From the IMG/VR virus record IMGVR_UViG_3300044984_001938: DNA of 64,000 nt. One strand, given 5' to 3'. Below, in pieces: positions 46,051-56,132 of this stretch. This stretch comes from a virus (Duplodnaviria; Heunggongvirae; Uroviricota; Caudoviricetes). How positions within the stretch are numbered: the first letter of the stretch is position 1; every line of letters starts with the position of its first letter. Position numbers and translations under genes: made by a program. Under the pieces are notes generated by a model that did not search any database, was not told the DNA's origin, and saw only the letters and a list, made by a program, of their open reading frames with translations.

Positions 46051-47104
46051 TTTTATATCTTTCAAATAATTTAAAACTAGCTAGGTTTTTTCCTTTACTC
46101 TCGGTCATTATATCAAAATTGTCAAGAAATGTCAATGCCCAATCGTTAACCGCAGTATTCCAATAGTGGTCGCTATGTGCCCGAAGTTTCTGTTTATTAT
46201 ACCCTGCATTAATCAACGCACCATGATCGGGTAATTGTGTAGTGGAATGATCTGTGAGTACATTTTCGCGGCTAACACTGTAATGCATAGTAGGGCGAAC
46301 ACCACGCCAACTATCAATAACCCGTTGTACAAGCGTATCAGTAGATTGAATATATTCACCTTCACGAATCCAGTTGTGATGGATATCGAGTACCGTAGGC
46401 ACGAGGTCAGATAACGATAAGCAGTCAGATAGTCCATGTGTGTATTCCTCATTTTCTAGTGTAAGTGTGTTTCGGGCTTCTGGGGACAAACGACCATAAA
46501 CATCTCTGATACCCTGAGGCCCTTTTCTACCAGAAATGTGTACATTAACTTTGAAGTCTTGAAATGATTTGCCATAGCCCATCCAACGAACCATGTCACA
46601 ATGATATTCAAATTCTTCTATACTCTTATTTACTACTTCTTCACGGTCACTCGCTAAAACTGTAAATTGTCCGGGGTGCATACTAAGACGAACATCATTG
46701 GCTCTAGCTGTTTCACCAATTGGTGCCATCCAGTGTGCTAGTTTGTTTTGAATATCACTATCTTGCCAGAAGTCTTTCCAGTCATCATGGGTGTAAAAAC
46801 TCAGCATGTCACTAGTCAGACGAACCATGCGTAGTTCGGGTTGTAGTGTTGCTACCTTTTTGACTAGATTATGAGTATGTAGAATGTTGCGTTTGGCAAC
46901 TTCAATTACCTTTTCTTCTGCTACACTACGCTTTTGCCTTGCGGCCCAAGCCAGAGTAGTACCGCCTGTATTCAATTCAGGTATGCTGGTAATCTCACCC
47001 TTCTTGTTTAGTTCTGAAAATTTGCAAGCAAATCCAATCCGTTTGATATTATTATTTGTCAAGATAAAAGCCCAAAGCGATAAATAAGATATGTATTGTC
47101 GCAT
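46037..47104 (-). CDS. UV-damage endonuclease UvdE-like (TIM-barrel)
   Basis: IGFACKF, RLSMHPGQFTVLAS and TLENEE resemble the UvdE conserved blocks (GYAC.., R.S.HPGQF.., LENDD). Confidence 0.5.
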   Translation of the reverse strand: MRQYISYLSLWAFILTNNNIKRIGFACKFSELNKKGEITSIPELNTGGTTLAWAARQKRSVAEEKVIEVAKRNILHTHNLVKKVATLQPELRMVRLTSDMLSFYTHDDWKDFWQDSDIQNKLAHWMAPIGETARANDVRLSMHPGQFTVLASDREEVVNKSIEEFEYHCDMVRWMGYGKSFQDFKVNVHISGRKGPQGIRDVYGRLSPEARNTLTLENEEYTHGLSDCLSLSDLVPTVLDIHHNWIREGEYIQSTDTLVQRVIDSWRGVRPTMHYSVSRENVLTDHSTTQLPDHGALINAGYNKQKLRAHSDHYWNTAVNDWALTFLDNFDIMTESKGKNLASFKLFERYKNGII

Positions 47105-47141
47105 AATTGCACAATAAAGTCAACTATTTACGGGCAACAAC

Positions 47142-48332
47142 ATGAGATTTAATGAAATTATATCCGAAGCAGGTAGTCCTGCCCAACAAGCAGCAATTGC
47201 AATTGCCATGAAAAAAGCTGGAAAGAAGCCAAAGCAAGGTGTGGCGGAAGGCAACCTAGAAGAAATTGACCGCAGAGGATTCTTAAGAGGCTTGGGTGCG
47301 GCCACTGTGGCAGGTGCGACTAATAATGCAATGGCTGCTCTAGGGTCACCTACTGCTCCAAGGGCACAGGTTAAAGTGCCGCCTGTGCCACAGTTACCCG
47401 CACGAGACGGTGATCTAGGTAATGGCAATAGAGTAACAACAAACAAAGATGGTACTAGAACTTATTCTGGCGGGTTTGGTTCATTTACATACAATGCTCA
47501 GGGTAAGGCTATAACATATAGTAGTCCTAACTTTAATGGATCTGGCCAAACCATCGACTTAACTACTAATCAAATTACGCAAAATTACAATGCAGGACCA
47601 TTGAAGATTAAACAAACTACCGATGCTACCGGTAAGCAAGTAGCGGCTGATAAATCATATGATCTTGGTGCAGCAACTGTCAGACAGCAAACCGACGCAA
47701 CGGGGAAAAATACTAACACAGCTTATGTTCCAATGGATGATACAACTCATGTTGTAGATAAACCAACCCTTAGAAAAGCCTTTGCGAAATGGCTGCCGGA
47801 AGGCTCTGAGGCAAGTGATAATCTAGTATCCACACTGAATTCTTTCGGATATTACTCTGACAACAGTAGTGTTTATGCAAATGATGACGGTGATAAGATT
47901 GTTCGTCAAGGTTCTAATTGGAAACATCAAGATGGTCAACGTGGTACTGGTGCTGAAGAATTAGGTAATTTCCTCAGTTCACAAGAAGTTGATGAAGGCG
48001 AAACTTGGTCAAAGCATAACAACCCAAGAGCAGGTGGGATGAGTAAAAAGTCTGTTAGTAGCTATCGCCGCAGTCATCCTGGTAGCAAGATTCAAACAGC
48101 GGTAACAACTAAGCCAAGCAAACTTAAAAAAGGTAGCAAGGCAGCAAAGCGTAGAGCTAGCTTTTGTGCCAGAATGCGTGGAATGAAGAAACATCGTACT
48201 GGTGCAAAAACAGCAAGAGATCCAAATAGCAATATAAATAAAAGTTTGCGTAGATGGCATTGCGAAAGCATTGAAGAACTACATGAATTAGTAATGCTTG
48301 CTGAACAATTTATTAGGAATAACAAGAAATGA
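47142..48332 (+). CDS. CTS-like-tagged protein with Tat-like RRxFLR motif and basic C-terminus
   Basis: The N-terminus is MRFNEIISEA. An internal DRRGFLRGLGAATVAGATNNAMAA segment follows. The C-terminal region is Lys/Arg-rich. Confidence 0.5.
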   Translation: MRFNEIISEAGSPAQQAAIAIAMKKAGKKPKQGVAEGNLEEIDRRGFLRGLGAATVAGATNNAMAALGSPTAPRAQVKVPPVPQLPARDGDLGNGNRVTTNKDGTRTYSGGFGSFTYNAQGKAITYSSPNFNGSGQTIDLTTNQITQNYNAGPLKIKQTTDATGKQVAADKSYDLGAATVRQQTDATGKNTNTAYVPMDDTTHVVDKPTLRKAFAKWLPEGSEASDNLVSTLNSFGYYSDNSSVYANDDGDKIVRQGSNWKHQDGQRGTGAEELGNFLSSQEVDEGETWSKHNNPRAGGMSKKSVSSYRRSHPGSKIQTAVTTKPSKLKKGSKAAKRRASFCARMRGMKKHRTGAKTARDPNSNINKSLRRWHCESIEELHELVMLAEQFIRNNKK

Positions 48333-49984
48333 ACTTCAAAGAATTATTAGAAGGCGCAGAGCCAAAGTTGCCGGGCGCCCCAAAGGGTATCTCAATTATG
48401 ACACCTCAGCAATTTGTTGCTAGTGCTGGTGATATGCCAGATGAAGAAGTAGATGAAGGCAGATTTACACATGGTCCAGGTGGCGTTCCACTTGATCGCC
48501 AGGGTAATCCCAAGGTAGCAAAGCCAGCTATGCCTAAATTATCAAGAATGTCTGCACCAGAACCTAAATTAGATTTAGATAAGATTTGGTTTGATGTTAC
48601 TCAGATCATCAGCAACATTTTCCCAGATGGTGATCCAGCTGACTACTTGCCAAAGTATGCCCGCAAACATGGGATAACATATGATGATATTCGCGCAGCA
48701 GCTAAAAAGAATGGTTATGAAGATGAGTATGCTTACATTGATGATATGAAAACCGGTGACTATGGTTATGATGAGCAAAGTTTAGCGGAAGGTGAAGAAC
48801 ATCTAGCAAGAATTCGTAGTCTATCTGGACTAGATGAAGCAACTAAACTACCAGCACAAACTCGTGACTTAAAGGGTCAAGAGTTTCAAGATTACATGAA
48901 ACGAATCGTTGGTACTCCCGATGTAGATAAAGCAGGCAATGTTAAAGTAGATAAAAAGGGCAATGAAAAATATACAACTGGTAAAACTAAAGGTGACAAG
49001 TACAAGATGCCTTACATCCATCGTAGTAGTGTAGTTACATACTTAAGTCCAGATGGTAAAACATACGATGAAGATGCTGTTAAACAAACATTAGCAATTC
49101 GTCCCAAAGCATTACTTAAACAAAACGAAAAGATGAAGCACAGCAATGGTGAGTTTGAACAATTCTTTAATGTTGGGTTCGCGGCATTGGTAGGTATTGC
49201 ATTAGATGAACAAACAAATAATCTAATTGTTGTTAACACATGTCCAGGCGCCGGCTCTTGTAAAGTTGATTGTTTCGCCATGAAGGGCGGCAAGATTCAA
49301 TTTAAGGCTGCATGGCAAAGTGACGGCAGAATACTTACATATCTGTTGAATGATCCAGATGGTTTCTTTAATCAACTAAGCAATGAAATCTCTGCTGAAT
49401 CACAAGAGGGTGCTGCAGGCGATAAGAAATTCCCCAATGGATGGAAAGTAACGGTTCGTTGGCATGATGCCGGCGACTTCTTCAGTCCAGAATACTTGGA
49501 TATGGCATTAAAAATGGCTGCTAAACATCCTGATGTTAGATTCTATGCGTACACTAAGATGGCAGGAGCAGCATTAGCTAAGAAGCCAGATAACTTCATC
49601 ATCAATTGGAGTGAAGGTGCTAACACCGAGCAAGAGAAACAAGTAAAGGCTCAGGATCCTAAATTAGATAAGACAAAGAACAGTCGTATTGTTCCAGAGA
49701 AACTATTCTATGACTTATTGGCCAAGGATGAGAAGGGTAACTTGAAAAAGACGGATGACGGAGCATGGCAACCTGCTGATGACGCAGCACTTAAACAAAT
49801 GAAACAACGAATTGCTAACGAATACGGCATTAGTTCTTCAAGTATTTTAAGTTATAATGAATATATGTCTAAGAGAAATTCAATTCCAGCTGGAATGAAG
49901 TACAATGTTATCGTTGCACCGGGTGAAGGTGATGTTAGTGCGAATGATCCTGGTGTATTGAGTACCCTATTGTTAAGACATTAA
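48329..49984 (+). CDS. CTS-like-tagged hypothetical protein (551 aa)
   Basis: The N-terminus is MNFKELLEGA. ATGA overlap with the preceding gene. Confidence 0.5.
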   Translation: MNFKELLEGAEPKLPGAPKGISIMTPQQFVASAGDMPDEEVDEGRFTHGPGGVPLDRQGNPKVAKPAMPKLSRMSAPEPKLDLDKIWFDVTQIISNIFPDGDPADYLPKYARKHGITYDDIRAAAKKNGYEDEYAYIDDMKTGDYGYDEQSLAEGEEHLARIRSLSGLDEATKLPAQTRDLKGQEFQDYMKRIVGTPDVDKAGNVKVDKKGNEKYTTGKTKGDKYKMPYIHRSSVVTYLSPDGKTYDEDAVKQTLAIRPKALLKQNEKMKHSNGEFEQFFNVGFAALVGIALDEQTNNLIVVNTCPGAGSCKVDCFAMKGGKIQFKAAWQSDGRILTYLLNDPDGFFNQLSNEISAESQEGAAGDKKFPNGWKVTVRWHDAGDFFSPEYLDMALKMAAKHPDVRFYAYTKMAGAALAKKPDNFIINWSEGANTEQEKQVKAQDPKLDKTKNSRIVPEKLFYDLLAKDEKGNLKKTDDGAWQPADDAALKQMKQRIANEYGISSSSILSYNEYMSKRNSIPAGMKYNVIVAPGEGDVSANDPGVLSTLLLRH

Positions 49985-50880
49985 TGAGAGCAACTGAATT
50001 TATCGCAGAAGCAATACTAGATGAAGCAGCTACTGCTATTGTCTACCATTATGCCGGTGTATCTGCTGCTGCAAAAATTCTAACTACTGGAGTTTTTCAA
50101 TTAAGTAGTGTCACAGGTAACTCTAGTGAAGAACAATATGCACCGCCGGGATATCTTTACTTTCTAAGCACAACTCGCAGCAAAGTGGGAGACTATCACC
50201 GATATACTGGTAGCAGCGCCGCTATGTTTGTAATTGATGGGAACTGGTTAAATCGGCATTACAAAACAAAAGCAATTGATTATTGGGAAAGGTCTTGGCA
50301 ACATAGTAACGGTACTCGTACCAGTGAAAGCGAAGATAGAGTATTTTCAAAGACACCTGAAATTCCAATTAACGGAGTAATTGCTGTTCATGTTTTGCTC
50401 AAAGAACAGAGCGAAAATCGTAGCCCCGAAGTTAGAACAATTTTAATCACTGCCAAGAAGCAAGGTATATCAGCTTACTTATACACAGATGAGAAGGCAT
50501 GGCGTTTACAAGATACCCGCAAAGCAGTTACTCCCGGTGACGCTGCTAAATTGCTTAAAGGACAACAACCAAAAGGTTACACACCAAGTCGTCCGCCGAC
50601 AATGTACCTTGAACCGTGGGTAGAACTAATATATAAAAACAAAAAATCAGATTTAACTAGCCGTGCTGAAAAGTTGCGATATGAATTAGTCTACTATGGC
50701 AGTAGACGTCCAGATTCCGATAGTAATCTTGGTGTAGATATGAGCAATGCTCGTAAACCTAATTCTACTGATTATCCAACTGCTGTTAAATTAAATGATT
50801 TTATGCGTAAGAATAAGTTACCAGATACAGTAGCACTTAAAAATATGCTAGTTGATAAATGGGTTAAAATTAAATCTTAA
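49984..50880 (+). CDS. CTS-like-tagged hypothetical protein (298 aa)
   Basis: The N-terminus is MRATEFIAEA. TAATG overlap with the preceding gene. Confidence 0.5.
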   Translation: MRATEFIAEAILDEAATAIVYHYAGVSAAAKILTTGVFQLSSVTGNSSEEQYAPPGYLYFLSTTRSKVGDYHRYTGSSAAMFVIDGNWLNRHYKTKAIDYWERSWQHSNGTRTSESEDRVFSKTPEIPINGVIAVHVLLKEQSENRSPEVRTILITAKKQGISAYLYTDEKAWRLQDTRKAVTPGDAAKLLKGQQPKGYTPSRPPTMYLEPWVELIYKNKKSDLTSRAEKLRYELVYYGSRRPDSDSNLGVDMSNARKPNSTDYPTAVKLNDFMRKNKLPDTVALKNMLVDKWVKIKS

Positions 50881-51703
50881 GCAAATCTTCCAAAGAGTAT
50901 ACCTCTTTCATATAGGGTGACACATTATCTAATACAGATATTGCTAAGTCACCCTTTCTTCTTGGGCCTATCTTTGTAAGCAAATTAATATTAGGTATAT
51001 TATTTACTTCTTTGAACTTATTAACTATCTCGGCAACAGTATAACCTACCCCATGCCCTAAACATTCTATTTGATTACTTGGCTTCTCAATAGCAGTACA
51101 TAATGCGTCACATATCTCGTTAACATGAACATAATCACGAATGCAGGTTCCATCTCGTGTATCATAATCATTGCCAAAGATGGTAAACTCGCCTCTTTCC
51201 TTAGCCTTCATTAGATTATACATTAATCCATCAGGATTGGTTGGATCAAACCCATCACTACCAATAACATTGTAGAATCTAAATATTGTATAAGGTTTAG
51301 GATTATGCTGAGTAAAATACTCACGCACCACATCCTCTGCTGCTCGTTTACTAATGCCATACGCACTAGCACATCCCACTGCTGCTCCAGTGCTGGCAAA
51401 TATAAAGTTCTTTGTCCGTACCTTATTGATAACATTCATTGTACCATTCAAATTAGTGATGTAATAACTTAGTGGGATACGCTCACTTTCACCCACATTG
51501 ACTAGTGCTGCCAAGTGAATCGTTGCATCAAACTCGGTTGGTAATTCAAATAGTCTACGAATATCAACTTGATAGAATTCTTGTAATCCGTCAGCTTGCG
51601 GAACATTGATATCTAGGCCGTGTACCTCGTAGTCATTTGCTAGCATCTTAACTAGATGACTACCAATGTAACCCGAACAACCTGTAATTAATATTTTTTT
51701 CAT
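50870..51703 (-). CDS. NAD-dependent epimerase/dehydratase (SDR family)
   Basis: The N-terminal Rossmann motif is ILITGCSGYIGSHLV (GxxGxxG). The later AYGISK fits the SDR catalytic YxxxK pattern. Confidence 0.7.
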   Translation of the reverse strand: MKKILITGCSGYIGSHLVKMLANDYEVHGLDINVPQADGLQEFYQVDIRRLFELPTEFDATIHLAALVNVGESERIPLSYYITNLNGTMNVINKVRTKNFIFASTGAAVGCASAYGISKRAAEDVVREYFTQHNPKPYTIFRFYNVIGSDGFDPTNPDGLMYNLMKAKERGEFTIFGNDYDTRDGTCIRDYVHVNEICDALCTAIEKPSNQIECLGHGVGYTVAEIVNKFKEVNNIPNINLLTKIGPRRKGDLAISVLDNVSPYMKEVYSLEDLLKI

Positions 51704-53043
51704 TCAAAACTAAAAAGACTCTCGCCTTCTTCCTCTGGTTCAAACGACGGGTCCTTACTCAAGTAAGTATCATCGTCCGTGTATAGTATACGAAACTTAT
51801 GCTTGTTTGTCAATACTGATTTGATATCATCAATGCATAACAAGCTACGACCTAACTGTGTATTAAAATCACTCAATTTAATTGTGGGTTCTTCGCATAT
51901 CTTTGCAGTGTTGCTATTAGACTTCTTGCCTTCAAATTCATTGAAGCAGGTATTCCACTTGTGAAATACAGTGGCTTCCACTTGTCGTGCATGTGTTAAT
52001 GAATCTAAGTTGTACCAAGTTGCGGCGTGTTCAAACGAATCATACAACTGTTTTGCTCGTTCAGCCATATTTTTCTTAGTACATTTATAGAAAAAATTCT
52101 CGTTGAAATTATTAGTCCAGCGTTGATTCTCTAATACTAGTGTAGGCAACTGAATATGTTGCTCATAAAAAGCCATACCATAACTCTCTACATTACTTGG
52201 GTTAAAAGCAACTCTGCAACTGGTGATGAAGTCTACTTTCGTTTGCCCAATGATACTAACACCAATCTTATAGTCAGTTATTCCCATCTTCTTAAATCGT
52301 TCTTCAAACTTCTTAGCACCGTTTGTATTAGTCATAACTCGTGCAGGTAATTTAGTTTGTTCAATTAGTTCCAAGTAAAGTTCCGGGTTCTTACCTTCTT
52401 CCCATCTGCCAACAAACAATACACCATCACGCGGATGGTGATGTTCTTCTAACAAACCTTGTTCGGTGATTGGAATTGGTAAATGATATGAATCATCAAT
52501 CTCTAATTGATTGAATTTACTCTGTGTACCAATAAATATACCAGTAGTAGTAAGCTGTTGACGCATCAACTCATTTGTGTTATGCAAAAAAGGATTACTG
52601 GTATCTCTGAAGATTTGACTTTCTAAATGAGTATAAGCAATTATCTGTATAACATCCTCTAGACCCATTGTACTTGCAACTTGTACAGTTTCATATGTAT
52701 TGCATACTAATGCATCGTATATATTATGCTCTAATGCTTCAATGATACTATTGCGAAAGTTAGCCATGCGTTCATAACAAAATGTATCCCCGAACATAAA
52801 GATATTACTGTGGTCAGTGTACTTTAATGATTCATTTGGACAAACAATATTAGCTTTGAGAGATTTAACAAACTCACTATCTTGTGGTTTTTTATCTGTG
52901 ATAATATCAACTTTAATATTATGAATATCCATCAATTCACAAAAACTCTTAGCAAACTGTCCTATTCCACCATGCGGAATAAGATACTGGTAGCTAATTA
53001 GAAATCCAATTCGTTTGTTATATGTTCGCATTCTTAACCTCAT
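51700..53043 (-). CDS. glycosyltransferase family 1/4 (GT-B)
   Basis: The C-terminal half has FVGRWEEGKN...AFNPSNVESYGMAFYEQ, matching the GT4 GRxxxxKG and PSxxE-x7-E motifs. Confidence 0.55.
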   Translation of the reverse strand: MRLRMRTYNKRIGFLISYQYLIPHGGIGQFAKSFCELMDIHNIKVDIITDKKPQDSEFVKSLKANIVCPNESLKYTDHSNIFMFGDTFCYERMANFRNSIIEALEHNIYDALVCNTYETVQVASTMGLEDVIQIIAYTHLESQIFRDTSNPFLHNTNELMRQQLTTTGIFIGTQSKFNQLEIDDSYHLPIPITEQGLLEEHHHPRDGVLFVGRWEEGKNPELYLELIEQTKLPARVMTNTNGAKKFEERFKKMGITDYKIGVSIIGQTKVDFITSCRVAFNPSNVESYGMAFYEQHIQLPTLVLENQRWTNNFNENFFYKCTKKNMAERAKQLYDSFEHAATWYNLDSLTHARQVEATVFHKWNTCFNEFEGKKSNSNTAKICEEPTIKLSDFNTQLGRSLLCIDDIKSVLTNKHKFRILYTDDDTYLSKDPSFEPEEEGESLFSFE

Positions 53044-53212
53044 CTACCGTTGGAACAGTAATCCAATCAGTTAACTCATTTTGTTTTGTAATTTCACCTG
53101 TTTTTGGATTTAGTATACAGTAATCCGGTGTTTCTCTTTCAAAGCGATATTGTAGTATTTTTTCAGGGCCGTCCCAACCAGCTGTTATAAGCCAGCGCAT
53201 TTCTAAATTCAT
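53018..53212 (-). CDS. hypothetical protein
   Basis: 64-aa ORF. Confidence 0.3.
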   Translation of the reverse strand: MNLEMRWLITAGWDGPEKILQYRFERETPDYCILNPKTGEITKQNELTDWITVPTVDEVKNANI

Positions 53213-53433
53213 ATTAAATCCTTTAATCTTGCTATTAAATATTCATTTTTATCATACCAGCGATATTCAAATATAGGCTCACCGGGACCTGTATACATTG
53301 CGGTAATACAATATGCGTACTCTAACCATAGTAGACGATTTGTTATATGGCAATGTCTAGGCATAAGTGCAACCTTCAATTGTCTGCCCACAACATGGTC
53401 CATGAAGTAGTCATTAGGTATAGGACTGTACAC
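53209..53433 (-). CDS. hypothetical protein
   Basis: 74-aa ORF. Confidence 0.3.
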   Translation of the reverse strand: MYSPIPNDYFMDHVVGRQLKVALMPRHCHITNRLLWLEYAYCITAMYTGPGEPIFEYRWYDKNEYLIARLKDLI

Positions 53434-53533
53434 TATTTAATTCCAGTATAGTCTCTGTCATTTTCATTTGAACGATAGCACATATAGAAAACCCCTACTA
53501 TATACCCAAGTAAAAATCCCCAAAAGAAATCCA

Positions 53534-54382
53534 TTAGGTATTCCATGCGTTTTTAAAGAGTGGCACCTGAAGTCTATCACTATAACGCCAGCCTAACCGC
53601 ATTGCTTCAAGTGCAACTGTTTTGGCATTCATGTTATATACACTTTCAACTCCGCCACATGGCATCAAGTAAGCATTACCCCTAAATCCGTGAGTACGAT
53701 ATTGATTAACTGCTTCTTGTGCTTCTTCTACATCTTGTCTATTGGCCACAACAAACTTCAGATATGTATGACCTACTTGACTATATTCATCAATAATTTC
53801 AGGACATATTGCTTCTTCCCACTTCTCGCCACTGATACCAAGTTTAGGACTAACACTAAATGTTATTGCACCTCTAGAACGATTGATGGCCCATTGATGC
53901 AAGTAGGTTTTCAATTGATGTTGCAACGGTTGAGTGCCATTTGTTTCAAATGTTAGTTCTTGTAAACCCGTCATGTTTTCATGTGAAAGTAAATCAATAT
54001 AACTGCGTTGCCAACCTAGCAAAGGTTCACCCCCTGTAATAACAAGATGTTCTTCCATCCAACGCTTGTGCGGAAGCATTGTCATAATACTTTCAACAAT
54101 ACTATCAGTAGTACGTATTGGACTGAAATCTTTGAAACGAGGATCCCAACTTGCATAACTATCGCAACCTGTACTAACTAATGGTAGTTGGGTGTAAGCC
54201 GTGTAGTAATGCACACGGGCTGCGATATCTTCTACTTCACTACTTATTTCGCCCCTTGGCATACCAAACCCTGCACATTTGAAGTTGCAACCAAATGTTC
54301 GTAGGAAAATACTTGGTACTCCGATATATCGGCCTTCTCCTTGAATACTATAAAATAGTTCACTAATTTTTAATTTGCTCAT
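53534..54382 (-). CDS. queE: 7-carboxy-7-deazaguanine synthase QueE-like radical SAM enzyme
   Basis: ISELFYSIQGEGRYIGVPSIFLRTFGCNFKC matches the QueE N-terminus (IQGEG..G.P..F.R..GCN..C). A third cluster Cys is not obvious. Confidence 0.6.
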   Translation of the reverse strand: MSKLKISELFYSIQGEGRYIGVPSIFLRTFGCNFKCAGFGMPRGEISSEVEDIAARVHYYTAYTQLPLVSTGCDSYASWDPRFKDFSPIRTTDSIVESIMTMLPHKRWMEEHLVITGGEPLLGWQRSYIDLLSHENMTGLQELTFETNGTQPLQHQLKTYLHQWAINRSRGAITFSVSPKLGISGEKWEEAICPEIIDEYSQVGHTYLKFVVANRQDVEEAQEAVNQYRTHGFRGNAYLMPCGGVESVYNMNAKTVALEAMRLGWRYSDRLQVPLFKNAWNT

Positions 54383-54549
54383 TTTTTGATCCTTAATCTA
54401 ACTAATTGCACCTGCTATGATAAACAAGTTTGTAATGACATAGCATAACACAATACAAGTTCTAATACACGCAATACGGTCAGATTCTGTATCGGTTGTG
54501 CCCGCTTTCTCACCTAGGGATTTTGCCCATATTCTCCAAAATATCTTCA

Positions 54550-54768
54550 TTATTTCTTTAATGGCTTTAGAGGCATATCAGGAAATGAACCCCATGCTTG
54601 TTTCAATTCGGCTGAAACTCCTTCTGGTCCTCCACTATTTACCCACGCACGATTGATAACAACAGTTGGATTACCATTGACTATAACATATCGTGTAAGA
54701 AAGTCACTGTAATCATAAGTACCATCAGGTACCCATTTAAACATTTTAAAGTCTGAATCAGAACTCAT
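54550..54768 (-). CDS. hypothetical protein
   Basis: 72-aa ORF within the deazaguanine cluster. A further 50-aa membrane ORF (54383-54550) lies just downstream. Confidence 0.35.
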   Translation of the reverse strand: MSSDSDFKMFKWVPDGTYDYSDFLTRYVIVNGNPTVVINRAWVNSGGPEGVSAELKQAWGSFPDMPLKPLKK

Positions 54769-55268
54769 TCAAACAAATCCTCATTCCATTCACGATGCCC
54801 CTCTCTAAAAGCCATATTTGCCTGTGTTTCACGTACTTCAACCCGATAGCACCACAAACGCTTTGCTTCACTTTCACCCCACATATCAGGAATGTAAACC
54901 CCGTTAACATACTTGTATAGCATATCTGCAAGACTTTCACATCCTAAGTTGGGGAGAATAGTTAATTTCATAATGCCACGATGTTCCGCCTGCACATACC
55001 AGTCTAGATGTGGATCTGATTCAGCCACTAATGTTGTATGGTCAAATTGACTCTCTAATGTTTGCTTTAGTTCTTTCAAGCCGCCATAATCCGCAGCCCA
55101 TCGGCGCGCATCTAAGTCGTTTGTTCCAAAATAGAACTTCATTGAGAAGCTATAACCATGTAAAAACTGGCAATGGCTGTCGGCTTTGTACTGTCTATAA
55201 GCACAGGGGAACGCATCGTGATACTCTTTTGTGGAAGTCCACTTATATGTTACTGGTAGTTGTGTCAT
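54765..55268 (-). CDS. queD: 6-carboxytetrahydropterin synthase QueD / PTPS-like
   Basis: HCQFLHGYSF matches the QueD/PTPS Cys..HGH-type motif. The start is trimmed to the internal MTQLPV to avoid overlap, giving a QueD-like size. Confidence 0.55.
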   Translation of the reverse strand: MTQLPVTYKWTSTKEYHDAFPCAYRQYKADSHCQFLHGYSFSMKFYFGTNDLDARRWAADYGGLKELKQTLESQFDHTTLVAESDPHLDWYVQAEHRGIMKLTILPNLGCESLADMLYKYVNGVYIPDMWGESEAKRLWCYRVEVRETQANMAFREGHREWNEDLFE

Positions 55269-55269
55269 T

Positions 55270-55749
55270 TTACTTATCTTTTTGATGTGCGTCCGCAACT
55301 CGTTTACGTAGACTTGAACTACTGAAACTGTGATCACGCTCATTAAATACTATTTCAATTCTGCGAGTTTGACAAATATCGCTACCCGTAAAATCCTTAT
55401 CTTTGTATTCTACACCCAAGATACGAACATCAATAGGTAGTATGAGTAGAATATCTTCCAAGTCCTTCTCAGTATTGTAAACAACAATTTCATCTACAAA
55501 ACGGACAGCACTTAAACTAATCTGCCTCTCAACAATACTTTGAATAGGAGCATTCTTCTCCGCTCTATCCCATTGTGCGTTATTCTGCAAACCAGCAATA
55601 AGATAGTCGCAATGATTTTTAGCTTCACTAAGCATTGCAATATGCCCGGCATGTAGAATATCAAATTGGGAGAATACGATACCTATCTTAAGCCCTTGTT
55701 GTTTTAGTTCTTTGATTCTGTTGAATATCATTTTTTTAATGTTCTCCAC
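55270..55749 (-). CDS. cytidylyltransferase-like nucleotidyltransferase (HxGH; RfaE domain II / TagD-like)
   Basis: FSQFDILHAGHIAML matches the HxGH motif of the nucleotidyltransferase superfamily (for example GCFDILHAGH in the heptose-1-P adenylyltransferase domain). Confidence 0.6.
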   Translation of the reverse strand: MENIKKMIFNRIKELKQQGLKIGIVFSQFDILHAGHIAMLSEAKNHCDYLIAGLQNNAQWDRAEKNAPIQSIVERQISLSAVRFVDEIVVYNTEKDLEDILLILPIDVRILGVEYKDKDFTGSDICQTRRIEIVFNERDHSFSSSSLRKRVADAHQKDK

Positions 55750-56039
55750 ATCTTTATTTTAGAATGTTCATCAAGAAATTCTTCTTCGCCGGCGAATGTA
55801 GGTGAATCAGCCATAATCTCATCAAGCAACCACTTGATACGATGTAAGTCTTTTTTGATTTCAAACTGATTGAAACCATCGTTGTAGTTGCTATGCAATT
55901 CTATTCCAGCTGTGTAAATTTGATGATGAACACCGGTATAGTCCATTGGTTTACGAAATCCCATTTTTTCCTCTGCATGTACAGTTACGACCTTGATTAC
56001 AATTTCCGGTACATACCGAGTTTGTACTTTTCCAAGCAT
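55728..56039 (-). CDS. hypothetical protein
   Basis: 103-aa ORF. Confidence 0.35.
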   Translation of the reverse strand: MLGKVQTRYVPEIVIKVVTVHAEEKMGFRKPMDYTGVHHQIYTAGIELHSNYNDGFNQFEIKKDLHRIKWLLDEIMADSPTFAGEEEFLDEHSKIKMWRTLKK

Positions 56040-56132
56040 TAGTAAATATTGATATAAATGCTGCTAGCAGTGGATTTAGTATATATCCAATTATAATTCC
56101 CATCATCAAATTGTCTATATTGATCCAGTTCA

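Noticed and set aside
55270-55749. Candidate QueC (7-cyano-7-deazaguanine synthase) in the que cluster
   Set aside because: It lacks the PP-loop SGGxDS motif. It carries the HxGH nucleotidyltransferase motif instead, so it was called a cytidylyltransferase-like enzyme.
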